A stretch of DNA of 64,000 bases from Leucoraja ocellata (Eukaryota), in the NCBI GenBank assembly GCA_036785375.1, contig JAWMAR010000751.1:186001-250000 (forward strand). Direction: 5' to 3'. Below the pieces are notes generated by a model, which saw only the letters and a program-made list of their open reading frames with translations, did not search any database and was not told where the DNA came from. This document shows, in pieces, positions 11,648 through 24,427 of this stretch (position 1 is its first letter; every line of letters begins with the position of its first letter). Position numbers and translations under genes: made by a program.

Positions 11648-11866
11648 CCTCTTGTGTTGGGCATCTATCCTGTGTTGACCTCCTCCTAGCATCGCCCTTT
11701 GAGACTTCCTCTCGATTCTCTCCTGCACGGTCAAGTTGCCGACTGAGTACCATTGCTTCGGCTCCTTGGCAACTCTAACGGTCGCAGAAAGAGACGTGTA
11801 TTTGCTCACCCGTAGCACACGGGTGAGCGAGCGGGAACAACACAACACTGACAGTCCAGCCGCCAT
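11648..11866 (-). CDS. PCCB: PCCB exon 1 coding part: mitochondrial targeting peptide and ..ERIERKSQRAMLGGGQHRIDAQHKR
   Basis: ATG at 11866 (atcATGG), R/S/L-rich leader, LGGG.RIDAQHKR motif, donor AGG|gtatgt; 73 codons, phase 0 into exon 2. Confidence 0.95.
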
Positions 11867-11869
11867 GAT

Positions 11870-13355
11870 CCCGAATAATGATCGAGCTTTGCGCGAACCA
11901 GGCTGCTCAGCCCGCGGTCCACCCTGGATGATCGACGGCCGGAGTAACCAATCGGCTTCGGGAAATGCTACGCCGGCGCAGCTTTCGACCAATCATGTAG
12001 GAGGGGGTGGGTTCGATCACGTCGACATGGTTGGCGGATCGAGCAGACGCAATGGAAACCAGGATCTTTGATGGAAACGGCTAAAATGAATGCGGTGTGA
12101 CTGCTGGGAGTTGTAGTTCGAAGTAAACAGGCACGATGATGTCGTCCGCCATGATGGGGCGAGTGAAGAACTACAAATCCCAGCAGAACCCGCGGGGAGC
12201 CCCAGCCCCGTTCACGAAGGACCTCCACCGACGCTATTGTCATTGGCTAAAGGACGGTGCGCAGCCACCCAACCCCCCCTATAAAAAGGAAGTCACCCGC
12301 CCGTCTGCTCAGACACGCACCACGCAAAAAGCAATGCGAACGCAGACAAGGAGAAATGCTTTCAAATCAAGGGTTTCACGAGGGCCAAAGTTGGCAAATA
12401 AAAAAAACTTCAATCGATGATATTTATTTTGCATGCGTCTTCATAAAAAGAAAGGATATTAATGTCATGGGGGGCGGGGGAAAATCAACGTGTGTTTTTT
12501 TTCGCAAGGATGAAACGGATCAGGCATTGGGAAAGGCGCTTCGTTACCTTCTTTTTTCTTCCAGTCACGTGACCGGCGTTCGAGCTCTTTCCGTTTTTTT
12601 TTCCTCTCTTTTTAAAACCGAACGTTTCCACCATTTGAAACAAAAATCTGGTCGCCCCTCGCGCTCCTCCTCCGAACCCGGGCAGCGTTTAAACAGGGGG
12701 CGGGCTGTAACCGTCAGCGGGCAGTCCGCGGTGGGAAGGAAGGCAGGAGAGCCGCCGCGGGGTGAGGGTAATGGTGGCCATGTCGGGGCGGGTTGCGAGG
12801 GACTGAGCTTTCCTTCGGTTCGCACGCTCGTTCCTTCCTTCCTTCCCCCACCCCCCCTCCCCCTCCTCTTCTCTCTCCCTCCCTCCCTCTCCTTCCTTCT
12901 CCCCATCCTTTCCCTCCCGCGGATAGAGAAGGCAGCGGCCGCCACCGCCGCTCGGAGGAGGAGGGGGCGAGAGAGAGACCGGGGGCCGAGCGGGAGGCGA
13001 GTCCTCGCGAATGGCGAGAGGCGGGCGCCGGAGGCTCGAGCCCAGCGGATCGCCAGAGGGACGGAGCGGCTCGGATGGAGGCGCCGTTCGCGGCTAGTCG
13101 GCTCCAACTCACAACCACAGCCGCCGCGGCCGCCGTGTAGTGATGGCTCTGGGAGAGGAGCCGAGCCGCCGGAGACCAGGTCGCGGCAGCGGCATCGTCC
13201 GCTGACACCCAGCTCTGTTATAAATGGACATTGGCGACGCCGCGGTAACCGGGCATCGGAGTAAAAGCGATCGGAAAGGCGCTCGGCGGCGGAGGCGGCG
13301 GCAGCAGCAACAACAACAACGCAGCGGCCTCCCCGGCCGCTGCTCGGACGCCGCC
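11870..13355. promoter_or_regulatory. CpG-island bidirectional promoter and 5' leaders shared by PCCB and MSL2
   Basis: High CpG density from ~11.7 to 13.5 kb; CCAAT boxes (~11948, ~11989, ATTGG at 12242); TATAAAAAG at 12280; GTCACGTGAC E-box at 12564-12573; GC boxes. The divergent ATGs are 1.49 kb apart. Confidence 0.85.
12101..12186. promoter_or_regulatory. Inverted pair of ACTACAnnTCCCAGCA (ZNF143/THAP11-type) motifs
   Basis: ctgctgggagttgtagttc (12101-12119) and gaactacaaatcccagcag (12168-12186) are reverse complements at 18 of 19 positions. Confidence 0.8.
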
Positions 13356-13497
13356 ATGAATCCGGTGAACGCCACCAGCCTGTACGTTTCGACATGCCGC
13401 TACATCATGCAGTGCGAGCCGCAGGATCCCGGCTCGTTTCCCGAGCTTTACAAACTGCTGCCTTACCTGCGCCAGTCCCTTTCCTGCTGTGTCTGCG
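13356..13497 (+). CDS. MSL2: MSL complex subunit 2 (E3 ubiquitin ligase), coding exon 1
   Basis: gccgccATG start; MNPVNAT.LY....LLPYLRQSLSCCVC; donor G|gtgagt, phase 1 (142 nt). Confidence 0.96.
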
Positions 13498-16400
13498 GTG
13501 AGTGCTCAACGATGCAAAAAAATATAGGCAAAAAAATCGCAACGGAAAGGGCCTTTTTATTTCTCGCTGAAGGAACAGAGAGGTGAAGACAGATCAGTAC
13601 AATTCTATTCCGAACATTGTGCTTTCTCTGTTATTTCCCCTCCTATCTCTATTGAACTCTACAAGGAAGGGGTTGTGCATTGCACCAGATGCCTGCACTG
13701 TTTGCCACTAACTACAGCAGAATTCAATTATTTAATATCTTGGCGATGCAGATGGTGCAAGTTCAGTAGTAAATGTGTGCGTGTGTTTGTTTTGACTTTG
13801 GTCGAGTGCAAGTGGCGTTGTTTCCACCTCCCCCTCAACGTTCGTACTCATATATTGCCTTTACAGTGCAGCCACCGTTTGCTGTATTATGGGAGAAAAG
13901 CTCCACTCAGCATGCTTTTTTTGTGTAAACGTGACTGAGAAATCTTAAAGAGCAACAGTTAGAGCAGAGTGGCTGTTGATGTTTGGGGTAAACATGTTTT
14001 TTCCTTCTCGAGGTAGGGAGAATTTAACTTACAGTGCTACAGAGGCCTGCACTGGTACACCAACCATGTGTTTTTATCTCTATGAAAGTGTCCTGTTTGA
14101 GCGATTTTGTTTTTGGTCATTACAGCATTGGTCTGATACTTTACAACAGTGATCTGATAAAACGACAAGTGAGTTGTATTTATTAATTGTCCGATTATGC
14201 AATGTGTTTTCTCAATTCCCAGCAAAGGCATATCGTGTCAAAGTTGGGAGTTTTTCACCCATAGTTTGCCCATATTAAATAGTTTTTTTAAATGAGAAAG
14301 CTTCAGTACGGCTGAAATAACGACGGTACTGATTTATTACTACGACTGGTCTGTCCTTTTTATAGTATCGATCAAAATGTGTAATTTTCCTACAAGCATG
14401 TAAGCACAAATATAACATCATTCGAATGTCCTTTTGTCACCGAACGCCCATTTTATTAAATGTAATTTGGGATCTCGAGAAATCAGGTTGTAGGCTTGTA
14501 CCCTGCCATTCTGGTTTGAAAACAAAAGTCACCACGTGTTTGGGGAGAGTAGTGGTTTCATCGCCGTGTATTATTGTCTCTTTGCAATTCATTCAATTCA
14601 GCTTTTTAAAACGTGGAGCTACATTTATTGAGCAAATCTGAACGCGATGAACATAATATAGTAAGATAATTTCCCTCTTTTGTATTGACCAACTATTGTT
14701 GCATATAAATAGTTTAAAATCCCAGCATATTGCGTTGGTGAGAGGAAGCACTTCATAATCAGGTTCCAGTATAAAATGATAATCGTAATTGACTGCATTT
14801 GTTATCGTTTCCTGAGCTTGTTCGCTGAAAGTTGCATTTTCGCATTAGGTGACCACCACACCCGGTCGCTGGCGTATTCTGCCCAAAAGTAAACACACAC
14901 ACACGTGCTTCTTTAGAAGCGTCGGCCTGGAAACGAAGCATGTTCAGCCAGTGAGCAACTCGATTCCAATTACTTTCGGTCACCGTTCACTTCAGATTTT
15001 TAAACTTTTAATATGTCCGAAGAGATATTAACTGCACCTGAACGACATTGTATGGAATGTTAGATACTTTTTTGAACAGATTGATAAGCTGCAATCATTG
15101 GTGTATTAACGGTAGCCTTATAGCTATGGCTGTTTTGAATTGTTTTTGCTTAGATGGTCCTGTATTATGGCTCTGATAGTTAAAGATAAAGATTTAGTCA
15201 TATTTTAATACTGTTTAAGGTCAGATGTTTAGACTATTCCGTATGTAAGATTTTAAGTCATTTCTCTGGAATATTTGCAGTGTACTTAAAAAATTGAAAT
15301 GCTTTTCACAAACATTTGTATTCATTTATGATTAATACTTCCAAGTATTTCAATTGTTTATCTAGCTTTGGAAAGAAGGCATGTCACTCCAGTCTTTGGA
15401 GAATAAGTATTATTGTAATATTGTTACAGTTAGCATTGATAAATGTCCAGGAATCCAGCCTGGAACTTGCATATCCATTGAGATACTTGGCCTTACCTCT
15501 GATCACAGGGTTTGTAACTGATATAACATTTCATACATTGCAATTTTTCACCATAATTTGCTGGTTTTGTAGCAGCATCAATTTTTGGTGGGTTTCATAT
15601 AGGTTGTGAATGTTTCAAGCCCCTGTCCAACTTTGTGACAGCTAAAGTTAGTTTGGCGGGATTTGTCATCACTTTAAATGTACAGGAGCAGGAGAATGGC
15701 TTTCCCATTTATGAGATATTTGATGAGGTAGCATGCAAGGATGACTGTGCCGCTTAATATAGGTCGAGGAAAGAGACAAAGTTGAACTCGGAGAACTAAA
15801 CCACACTTGTGATTTGAGGGATGAGATGAGCTGATTGTATCCTAAAGGGAAGAAGACCAATGTGATTTATCCTTCATAGCTAAACGTGGTGGTTCATTTT
15901 GGGGGGAAACTTTAGTTTTTCTTTAGTATTAAATTGGGTTAATAAACATCTCTGTGATGCAGTACCTTTTTTAAGGTAAGGAAGTATAAACTTGTGTTTG
16001 GGACTATCCCTTTTTTATAAACCTAGGGGAGCATTCCCACCTTTACTCATGTTGGATAAGCTGCTTTGTAAATGATGGCTAGTTGGTTGGTGCCTGATTA
16101 TGGTTTGTGCGTCTGCTTCATTGTTTGGGTGTCGAGCTCTGGGCAGAGTGCCAACAGTCAGGTCAATTTAGTATGCATTAGGGAAAAGAAGCAAGGATAA
16201 TCTGAAAAATGTGTATGCAATTAGACTAAATCTGAAATGGAAAAAGGGAACATGTATCCAGCTTTACATTCTGTGGCTATGTATTTTTTTAAAGAAACAA
16301 GTTTATTACATTTTTTAGTATTCCAATTGGATAGATCTTTCAAAGAGATAAAGAGCCAAATAGTCTCCTTTGACAAATCTTTCTGATTTGCCCAATGAGT

Positions 16401-17429
16401 TTTGTGTTCACTTTAATTTGAGTTTTGTAGATAGATTTAATGTCATGTAAATAAATGAGTTTATATTGAGGTCTTCATACCATTTGAAGATTTTGTTTAC
16501 AACTAATCAACAAACCTTAATGCACTTGATGTAATTTCATGAGCAGAGCATCAAATGTATAATCAAGCCTTTTAATTCTAATACCAGCAAATATTTACAG
16601 GCTGTTCCCCGTAATGATCACATTTTACAGGTGCCCATAAGCTTCTTTGCCATAGATTGGAAAATATACACTTGATATAAGAGCGGTACATCCACAGTAT
16701 TGTAACGGATGACATCAAAAGCTCTCTAAAGTAATAATTCATAAAAGTGGAGAGAGAGAGGAAACTCAATGGTTGCATTTGCACAGTGCAGTAGTGGAAT
16801 ATCTTCAGTTGTGAGCAAGTTAAGTTTTTGACTTTTTTGCGCATGTTTAACTTGCTTTTGTATGGGGTTTATACTGATGGAGCGAGGTATACCAGGTTTC
16901 AGAAGGTGCTCATTGTTGAGAGGTTAGTGATGTTGGGTTAAAAAATTAGTGTATGTGGGTTTTTATATATAAGAAAATAGGTTACATATAATGATTTGTT
17001 TACAAACACTTGTCCTACTCTTTAGGCTTCCCTAGAAGACTACTGCAGTGCAAAATGTTACTGTTGTAAGTCTGTTTCCTGTTTAAAATATACCATCTAT
17101 GTCGTAGCTTTTCATCGGTTGAAAATATGACATTTATGTAAATGAAACGCATTCATTTCAGAAGACAAATGACAAACGGTTCAGTTATTTTTAACAAGAA
17201 ATACATTTGTAAATTTCTTCATTTTTAATCTGTTATGTCCAGCCACAAGAATTTGTTACATTAGTTTCAGTTTGTCAGCTTCCAAATTTCTTTTTAAATT
17301 ATAAGGATAACTTTTTTACTTGTACTATGACCACGCAGTGATTAATGAATCTCGAGTGAGTTTACTCAAGCGACTGATATGTTTACAAATACACAGGACA
17401 AGATGTTAAAAGTCCAAAGTGCCAAATAT

Positions 17430-17806
17430 CAAATTACTCCCGATGGTGATGGGAGCCTTCTGCACTCACCTATGCTACTCCGATGTTGAGAAAGGCTAGG
17501 CAGACACGTCATTGGGGTTATCAAGTGGGCACCTACTTTCATCGACGTTTTGCTGATTGAACCCACGACCTCTCCAGTAGGCTCAGCGGTGCATTCTGGC
17601 GTCCCAGAACCACCACCCCTCTGCATCTGTCTAGTCGGTTGTTTGGGAGACCAAATGGGGTCTTTCCTCTTCAGCCAGAGCCACTGGCTACTGCGCTCTG
17701 CCACCCGTGATGTTTCTTTGATGGCCTGGCGTAAGACTTGTCCGCTGATCCCCAGGTCCTTCATCTATGTTGCCACACAACATAGATGTAGATGTTGCCA
17801 CACAAA
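17430..17806 (-). mobile_element. 3' fragment of a restriction-like-endonuclease non-LTR retrotransposon (HERO/R2-group-like) in the MSL2 intron
   Basis: VATSTSML..KDLGISGQVLRQAIKETSRVAERSSQWLWLKRKD.IW resembles the HERO C-terminus (AERASxWLWLRR). A short internal duplication of tgttgccacaca is present. Confidence 0.7.
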
Positions 17807-18697
17807 AATCCCATGGTCTGTTAATTTCTGTCCCTCAAAAAACATTGCATTTTGAAGATTTTTGTTTCAAATCTGATATGTGTATTCTATTGTAATGCTG
17901 CAGTCACCGTGTATTTATGTTGCACCTCAAATTTGTGCAAGTTCTTTGCAATGTTGAGGTGTGAACGATTTAGAGCAGTCCTGACCATTTTGAAAATAGC
18001 AATGATAGACACAGTACTAAACAACAAATTTGTATCTCCTTTTAAGCACTGGTGTTTTTTTTAGGATATATAAAGAAATCAAACGGTCCAGATCATGCTC
18101 ATGCTGGTAACTCAATAAAGATCCAATAAGAGCTTCATTCCAGATGCCAGTACTTGTGTACAGAATATGCTGGAGGTCAAAGGCATCTATCTGACTTTTT
18201 CATCAAGCAGAGTCCTATAACCCGCTGAGCATGGGGCCGGTTACCTTTGGTATTAGGCCCCAAAGCGACATGCCAGCCGCACTTGGTGTATCTAGTATAC
18301 CCTTATTCATTTGAATAGGGTGACTGGTCTACATTTTTTTTTTAACTTTGTGTTCCTAGTTGAACTTATATTTGAATTCTATATAGATCACTTCTGGGAA
18401 AAGCAAGAAGACTTTCTAATAGCTTGTGGTGACCAAAGGTTATTGGGATAATCTAGACATAGTCTTGGGTTCCACTGCCTGTGGCCTAGTTGTCACTCAC
18501 AAAGCAGTTCACTTTGTGGGGTGGCCTTGCCATCTATTCTGGCCATATACACAAAAGTATGCAGCAGCACAAGGTGAGTGCATTAACAAAGCTCATACTG
18601 CAGTGCAAACCTACCATTTCATTTCACTGAAGTGGTTGGGGAATATCTTTTCAAATATACAAGATCATAATTTTACTGTGAACAAAGAAATGTTAAC

Positions 18698-18812
18698 ATG
18701 GAGACACAAACTGCAGATGATGGAAGGTTGAGCAAAACACAAAGCGCTGGAGCTACTCAGTGGGTCAGGTAGCATTTGGGGAGGGAATGTGCAGGCAACA
18801 CTTCAGGTTGTA
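18698..18812 (-). mobile_element. Old Penelope-terminal-repeat-derived fragment
   Basis: aaactgcagatg...acacaaagcgctggagctactcagtgggtcaggtagcat. Confidence 0.6.
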
Positions 18813-19433
18813 GCTCTTTTATTTGCCGTAAAATGCTTTATACACCAAAGACTAATGGAAGTGTAAGCATTTCAGGTACAAAATGACTTGTTTGTGATAT
18901 CTCAAACTATAATAGATCTCAATTCATAATCATGGATGAAATATGACTGAAATATTAATGAGCATGTTGTTGGATAGGGCAAGCTTTGTAAAGGCTTGAC
19001 AGCCTGTTATGGAGGAATCCCATTTTACAATATAATTGTAGCTGCAAAATCACATTTAAGACATCTACTGAATTTTATTACAAAAACTACTGACATGGGT
19101 AACATATTCTCTAGTCTGTTCTACCAATGCCACATATTACTTACTAACAAATAATAGACTATGGTCATTGAATTTGTGTGATTTTTATTTACACTTGTCC
19201 CTAATTTGGAAATGAACATGAAGTAATTGGATCCTAATTTTTTTTTTCTCCTTTTCCTATATTGGAACTAATATATTTTTAATGACGTAGAAGTACATTA
19301 CTTCTCAAAGAATTCCTAGATCAGTAATTTATTAAAGTAAAATTGAAAGGATTTTCCGGAAAATAGATGGGAAACAATTTTTCTAACTTTTATCAACTAC
19401 TTTGCACAATAATAATAATATTTTCTTTTACAG

Positions 19434-21064
19434 GAAACCTACTGAAAGATCCAATTGCACCTACAAACTCCACTTGCCAGCATTACGTCTGCAAACTGTG
19501 TAAAGGCAAAAAGATGATGATGAAGCCCTCCTGTAGTTGGTGCAAAGATTATGAACAGTTTGAGGAAAATATACAGCTGAACATACTGGTGCGTTGCTAC
19601 AAAAAACTATGTGAATATGTAGCTGAATCCCCAATTTCACAGCACCTCACTACAGTAATGGATGGCGCGCCTGACATTTTAAACCTGCTGCAAGAGGGGC
19701 TCTTATTGGATGAAGAGAGACAAGGGGCTGCTGCTTCGGCAAGTGCTTTAAATTTATCAAATTCACCGACCCCGTCGACCTCGGAATGCACCAGTGACCT
19801 GGAAATGGCGGCTACACCACAAATCATTGAAAATATTCAAGACTGTGAGCAAGTTTCAAGTAATACTGAATTAACCTGCTCTAGTTTCAATGGGTTGCCT
19901 GGTTGCAACGGACTTTCTGTAGGCGAATTTACTGTAAATATTTTTTCTTCTGAAAATTCAGAAAGGCTCAATACATCCTGCATGGCAGAGGACTTCAAAA
20001 GTAGGGACATTTCTGACAGTTTGCAGGCAGTCAGCGAAGTAGTTTCTTGTAGTAATGTTGATGTAGTGGGTGTTGACATTTGCAGTTATGGTGAAGACAT
20101 AAAGCCTAATGGCTCTTTGTTACTTACTGGTGGACATGTATATCAAGACCTAGAAACAGTTTCAAATGATCTAGATGCCTGTAGCAATTATTCACAACCG
20201 ATTTCTGAGGCAATTACACCCAATGGACCTCTCTTAGATGCCAAACCTATCTCCTTGCCTTCTATAAACAGTATTTTTGTTTCTAGCAACGCACCCCCTC
20301 ATGGTATTCCCTGTGTAGCAGCAACACCCAAAATAGTACGGATGAATCGGAAGCGATCTCGATCGGAGAGCGACAGTGAAAAGATTCAGCCCCTACCTAT
20401 TTCCAGAATTATACATGGCCCACCGTTAGGGGCTGCTGCTCCTGTTCCTGCCAAACGCGAGACTAAGTTGTCCACAGAAACTGTCGTCACCGTGCCAAAC
20501 GGGGGCACACTAAAAGTGGGCAAACCTTTGCTTGCGACCAGTAAAAATGTTAAAAAGCACGCAGAACATGGAGCAAAGAAATCGCACTCAAAAGTAAAGC
20601 AGGGAACAACCAAATCTAAAACCAAGGAGAAGGTTCATAGCAGTACTATAATGCCTGGTAGCCCATCAAAAATAGCATACAAAAAACCCCCAGAGAAGAA
20701 GGGGTGCAAGTGTGGACGTGCAACACAAAACCCAAGTGTTCTTACTTGTCGTGGGCAACGTTGCCCTTGTTATTCAAATCGCAAGGCCTGTTTGGACTGC
20801 ATTTGTCGTGGATGCCAGAACTCGTACATGGCCAATGGTGAGAAAAAGTTGGAGGCTTTTGCCGTGCCAGAGAAGGCCTTGGAGCAGACCAGGCTTACAG
20901 TGGGCATCAGTCTAACCAGTATCAGCAATGCGGTGCGGAATGCAAGCACGAGCGCAAGTGTCATCAATGTGACAACTGGGTCGCCAATACCTACTTTCCT
21001 AGCTGCCAGTCCACATGACGACAAAAACTTGGATGAAACTATTGACTATAGATATGACTGTTAG
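19434..21064 (+). CDS. MSL2: MSL2 coding exon 2 (rest of the RING finger, acidic/Ser linker, basic region, CXC domain); spliced protein is 590 aa
   Basis: Acceptor ttttcttttacag|GA; CQHYVCKLC..KMMMKPSCSWC (RING); RKRSRSESDSEK; CKCGRATQNPSVLTCRGQRCPCYSNRKACLDCICRGCQN (CXC); ends RYDC*. Confidence 0.97.
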
Positions 21065-23245
21065 ATTGGAATCGATCTGGTGGACCTTAGGCATGTCCCT
21101 GTTAATGGGATGACTACAACTTTAAGGCAGCTATAGTTCTATATTTGGGGGAAAAAAACTTAGTTGAACTTGCCGTAGTGCTTTGGGTATAGATCACTTG
21201 AAGTAAATGTAAATCATCAGGTTTGACTCCAGAGGAGAGGAATATGTTAATTTGAATAAGATGTAATTATGAACTTTTGCAAGTGGTTTATACTGAATGA
21301 TCTTTGGCAAGAGAAATTTGACCTCATTGTTGCTGCTTATGCATTGTGCATAATCGCAGAAGGTTAAGGTGTAATTTAAAAAAGAATGGTGAACTACAGT
21401 ACGAACAGTTTAAAAAAAAACATGTAGAATATAATGTCACTTTTTATATGCAGATTATTTTTGTGTTCTCTAAATCAAAAAAAACATTGGTTTTGTTTTA
21501 TTTTGGTAATGTCATTAGATGACCCAAGAATATATTTAAAACAAAATGCCTCATTATTTTCTAGTGTCTGCATTAGCATGAATCAGTTGCACAAAGCAAA
21601 ACACTCCCATAACACCTGTGTAGTTAGTTTCAAGTAGAAATGAGGATGATATTTTAGGCGCACATGGTATATATTTTCTTCCCTCAGGGTTGCTTGCCGT
21701 TTTATTAGAACCATGTGGTGCTCAATGTGTAATTTTGTCATGAATGGTGGTTGCTGGAAGACCCCACCCCACTCTGCACATGCACTTAGATGCCTACAAT
21801 TGGAGACAGTGTCGGAGCCATGTTAACAAAAGTGTGTACAGATGAAGGTTATTGAGTCAGTTAAGTTGTGCACAAGTGTTTATGCAGGTGTTTCTCTAAC
21901 GTATCTGAGGGGCTTGATCTTTTACAAACTTGGGGATGTACAATAATTTGATACTGTGCTGGATTTGTGCTACAACTCGCCACTGTCTCCTTTTGATGAT
22001 ACAGGAAGCAAAGTGGTGATGAATTAACATTGAACCCAAACGTGCATATTACAGCAGTGCCTCTGCATTACTTGTTATCTGCCATTGGGTAGCATAGCAC
22101 TTACTGTATCGTCCTGCATTTACCTTCTAGTGCCAGATAGTACTGCAGGTGGTAGTTAATTGTCAGCATGTCTAACTAAAATGAACAATAATACATTTTA
22201 GCCACATTGGCAAATTCAGGTTTTACATTGGTATAAATACAGTTGAGTAACAAAACAATTGGCCCTTGTGTCTTTATGTGCAATTTGACCAATATCACAT
22301 AAAGTTGGAATGAATAAGTACAATAACTTTCACTAAGGCAGTTCAACAATGGGGACTAGTGCATGTGCTCCTCTCCCTCTCGTGTCCCTTGCATTGAAAG
22401 CAAATCCCAATATTCTGTCATTAATAATATCTCATAATCCCATTACTTCTGTCAATGTGGCTGAACTGCTTGTACCACTGTCCACCATTGTAATGTATAT
22501 GAAATTACTCCTCAGCCTCACTTTTGGTTTGGCACATAGCATGCACAACAATGGTTATTCACATAGTGTAAATGTGCAGGAAATTTTTCACATGCAGAAA
22601 GAGATCGGATGGCACCTTTTTGTTTTTATAGTGTAGCTGGTGTCATTTCCTGTGAATGTGGTCAAGTAGCGTTTTGAAGCCATAGGAATAATGTGATGTT
22701 TGTGTCCAGTCTGTATTTTTTTTGTTGTTTTTTTCTTTTTTTGTTTTGCAAGAAGAATTGAAACTATTTTTGATAATGAGAGTAAATGGTGGAAAATGCT
22801 TCTTCAGTTTTCTTGTCTTTTTTGGCACCTAAGGCACCTACATTTTAATTTTTTTTACATCCGTGGTAAATTAATGTCATAGCAAAGCTATGTTTTTGTA
22901 TTTGTGTATTGTGATTTCTGTATGCTGACCAAAAAAATCCATTAATTGAGTAGGTGGTTGATCCTAACTCTCGCATGAACTTTACGCTTGCTGTTCAAGC
23001 ATTTAAAACAGATACTGGTATGTAGCCACAAGAAGTCCGTGGAACCATTTCATGACATTTTTGCAAAGCTGTGAAGCTGTATTAACACTGTTGTTTTCCT
23101 GTTACCCGTGGTAAAAGTTGGTCCAGATTCCATTGAGGAACCTAGAGAAAACATCCTTAATTTTTTTTCTAAATGCTGGTATATTCATGCCGTTTTTCGG
23201 AACATGTATGAGAAAGTAATGAATAAATGCATTAGTTTTATACTA
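21065..23245 (+). other. MSL2: Probable MSL2 3' UTR with U-rich tracts; candidate poly(A) signal AATAAA at 23222-23227
   Basis: AT-rich sequence after the stop with no recognisable TE; U-tract at 22716-22748; AATAAA followed by T-rich sequence. Confidence 0.55.
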
Positions 23246-24427
23246 CTCTGGTTTAGCTATATTCAGGTGCAATATTGACTGTATTGGCATAAAGATGCAA
23301 AATACTTGTCTTATTAGTATACCTGCTCAGCATAGTTTTTCATGATTTTTGACAAGGGTATGTATGCTATGAACATATTGTGTTTTGGATTGGTGGGAAA
23401 CATTTATTTTGATGAAGAACTAGTAAAGCAGAACCAAATTTTTATTTTTTATTTTTTTAATTATTTTTTAATGGATTATCACTTAGCATTCAGAAATGTT
23501 TCTTAAAATTATGAACACCAGGAATAACGCCATCAAGATGTGCTCAGCATTTGTTAAAGGTAGGATTAGTATCAATTTAAATATTTATTTGAGGATATTT
23601 TATTCATTGCAGTTACATCCATTCATTTGGCTTGTGATGTCAAATTAAATAGATCCTCGCAACAATATTTTTGTGATCTCGAGAGTAAGGCCCAATTCAA
23701 GATGCGTACAAGGGCACTCTGGATCGATAGGCTGCTGCATCAAGGCATTGGGAGAGTGGATTAACTGTTTTATCTTCCATCTGCGTACCAGGTTTTTTAA
23801 ATTTCAAGAATACTGCTTCGGAACCTTGCTGTTTCCAATAGGCTCCCGTAGCTTTTTGTGATTACCAGCGTGTTGAACTTATGCCTTTACTCTTCATTGT
23901 TAACTCCTGGAATACAATATTTTACCCAAGATGCACTGTGACCATATCAGGCATTGTTGTTGATTCTAATGAGTGTAGTCTTTCCTTATTTCTGGAAGGT
24001 GTGTTATTGAATGATAGGAATACTTTTCATTCTTCTGTTTCTGAGGAGAGAAATGGTTAGTTCTGTCTTTCCAACTACTCTCTCAGCTTAAGTGCTTTGT
24101 GTGTGCACTAGGTTTTATAGTCCTTTTTGTTCAGAAGAACTTGAAGTCCCTAAACTTTACTCATTTGGTAGAATGAGCTCCCAACACCTTCCCACTCCCC
24201 CAACCAAAATGAAATGTCAAGGTTGAGATATCTGTTAAATTAATTGAGTGGGTAGATCCAAAACAATTACCTTGAAGTTCAGGACAATACTCAACTATTT
24301 TAACATAGCCAAGTAAGTTGAATTTTCTGTGGTATTTTGAAAGGTTACCGATACATTGTGAGCTCGGAATCCATTAAAGGATTTGATTTTAAAGCAGGTA
24401 AACTGCATTCAGCTCACAGCAAAACCA

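Noticed and set aside
11867-11992. N-terminal extension of the PCCB exon 1 ORF
   Set aside because: Starts at a non-ATG codon within CCAAT/promoter sequence; the ATG at 11866 gives a normal targeting peptide.
12257-13395. Long overlapping ORFs (335 aa plus, 276 aa minus, 164 aa minus)
   Set aside because: Low-complexity R/G/P/A translations of a stop-poor CpG island; no recognisable domain.
19367-19433. ATG start of the 565-aa ORF as an intronless MSL2
   Set aside because: The first 22 codons are the intron's polypyrimidine tract and acceptor; the true N-terminus is in exon 1 at 13356.
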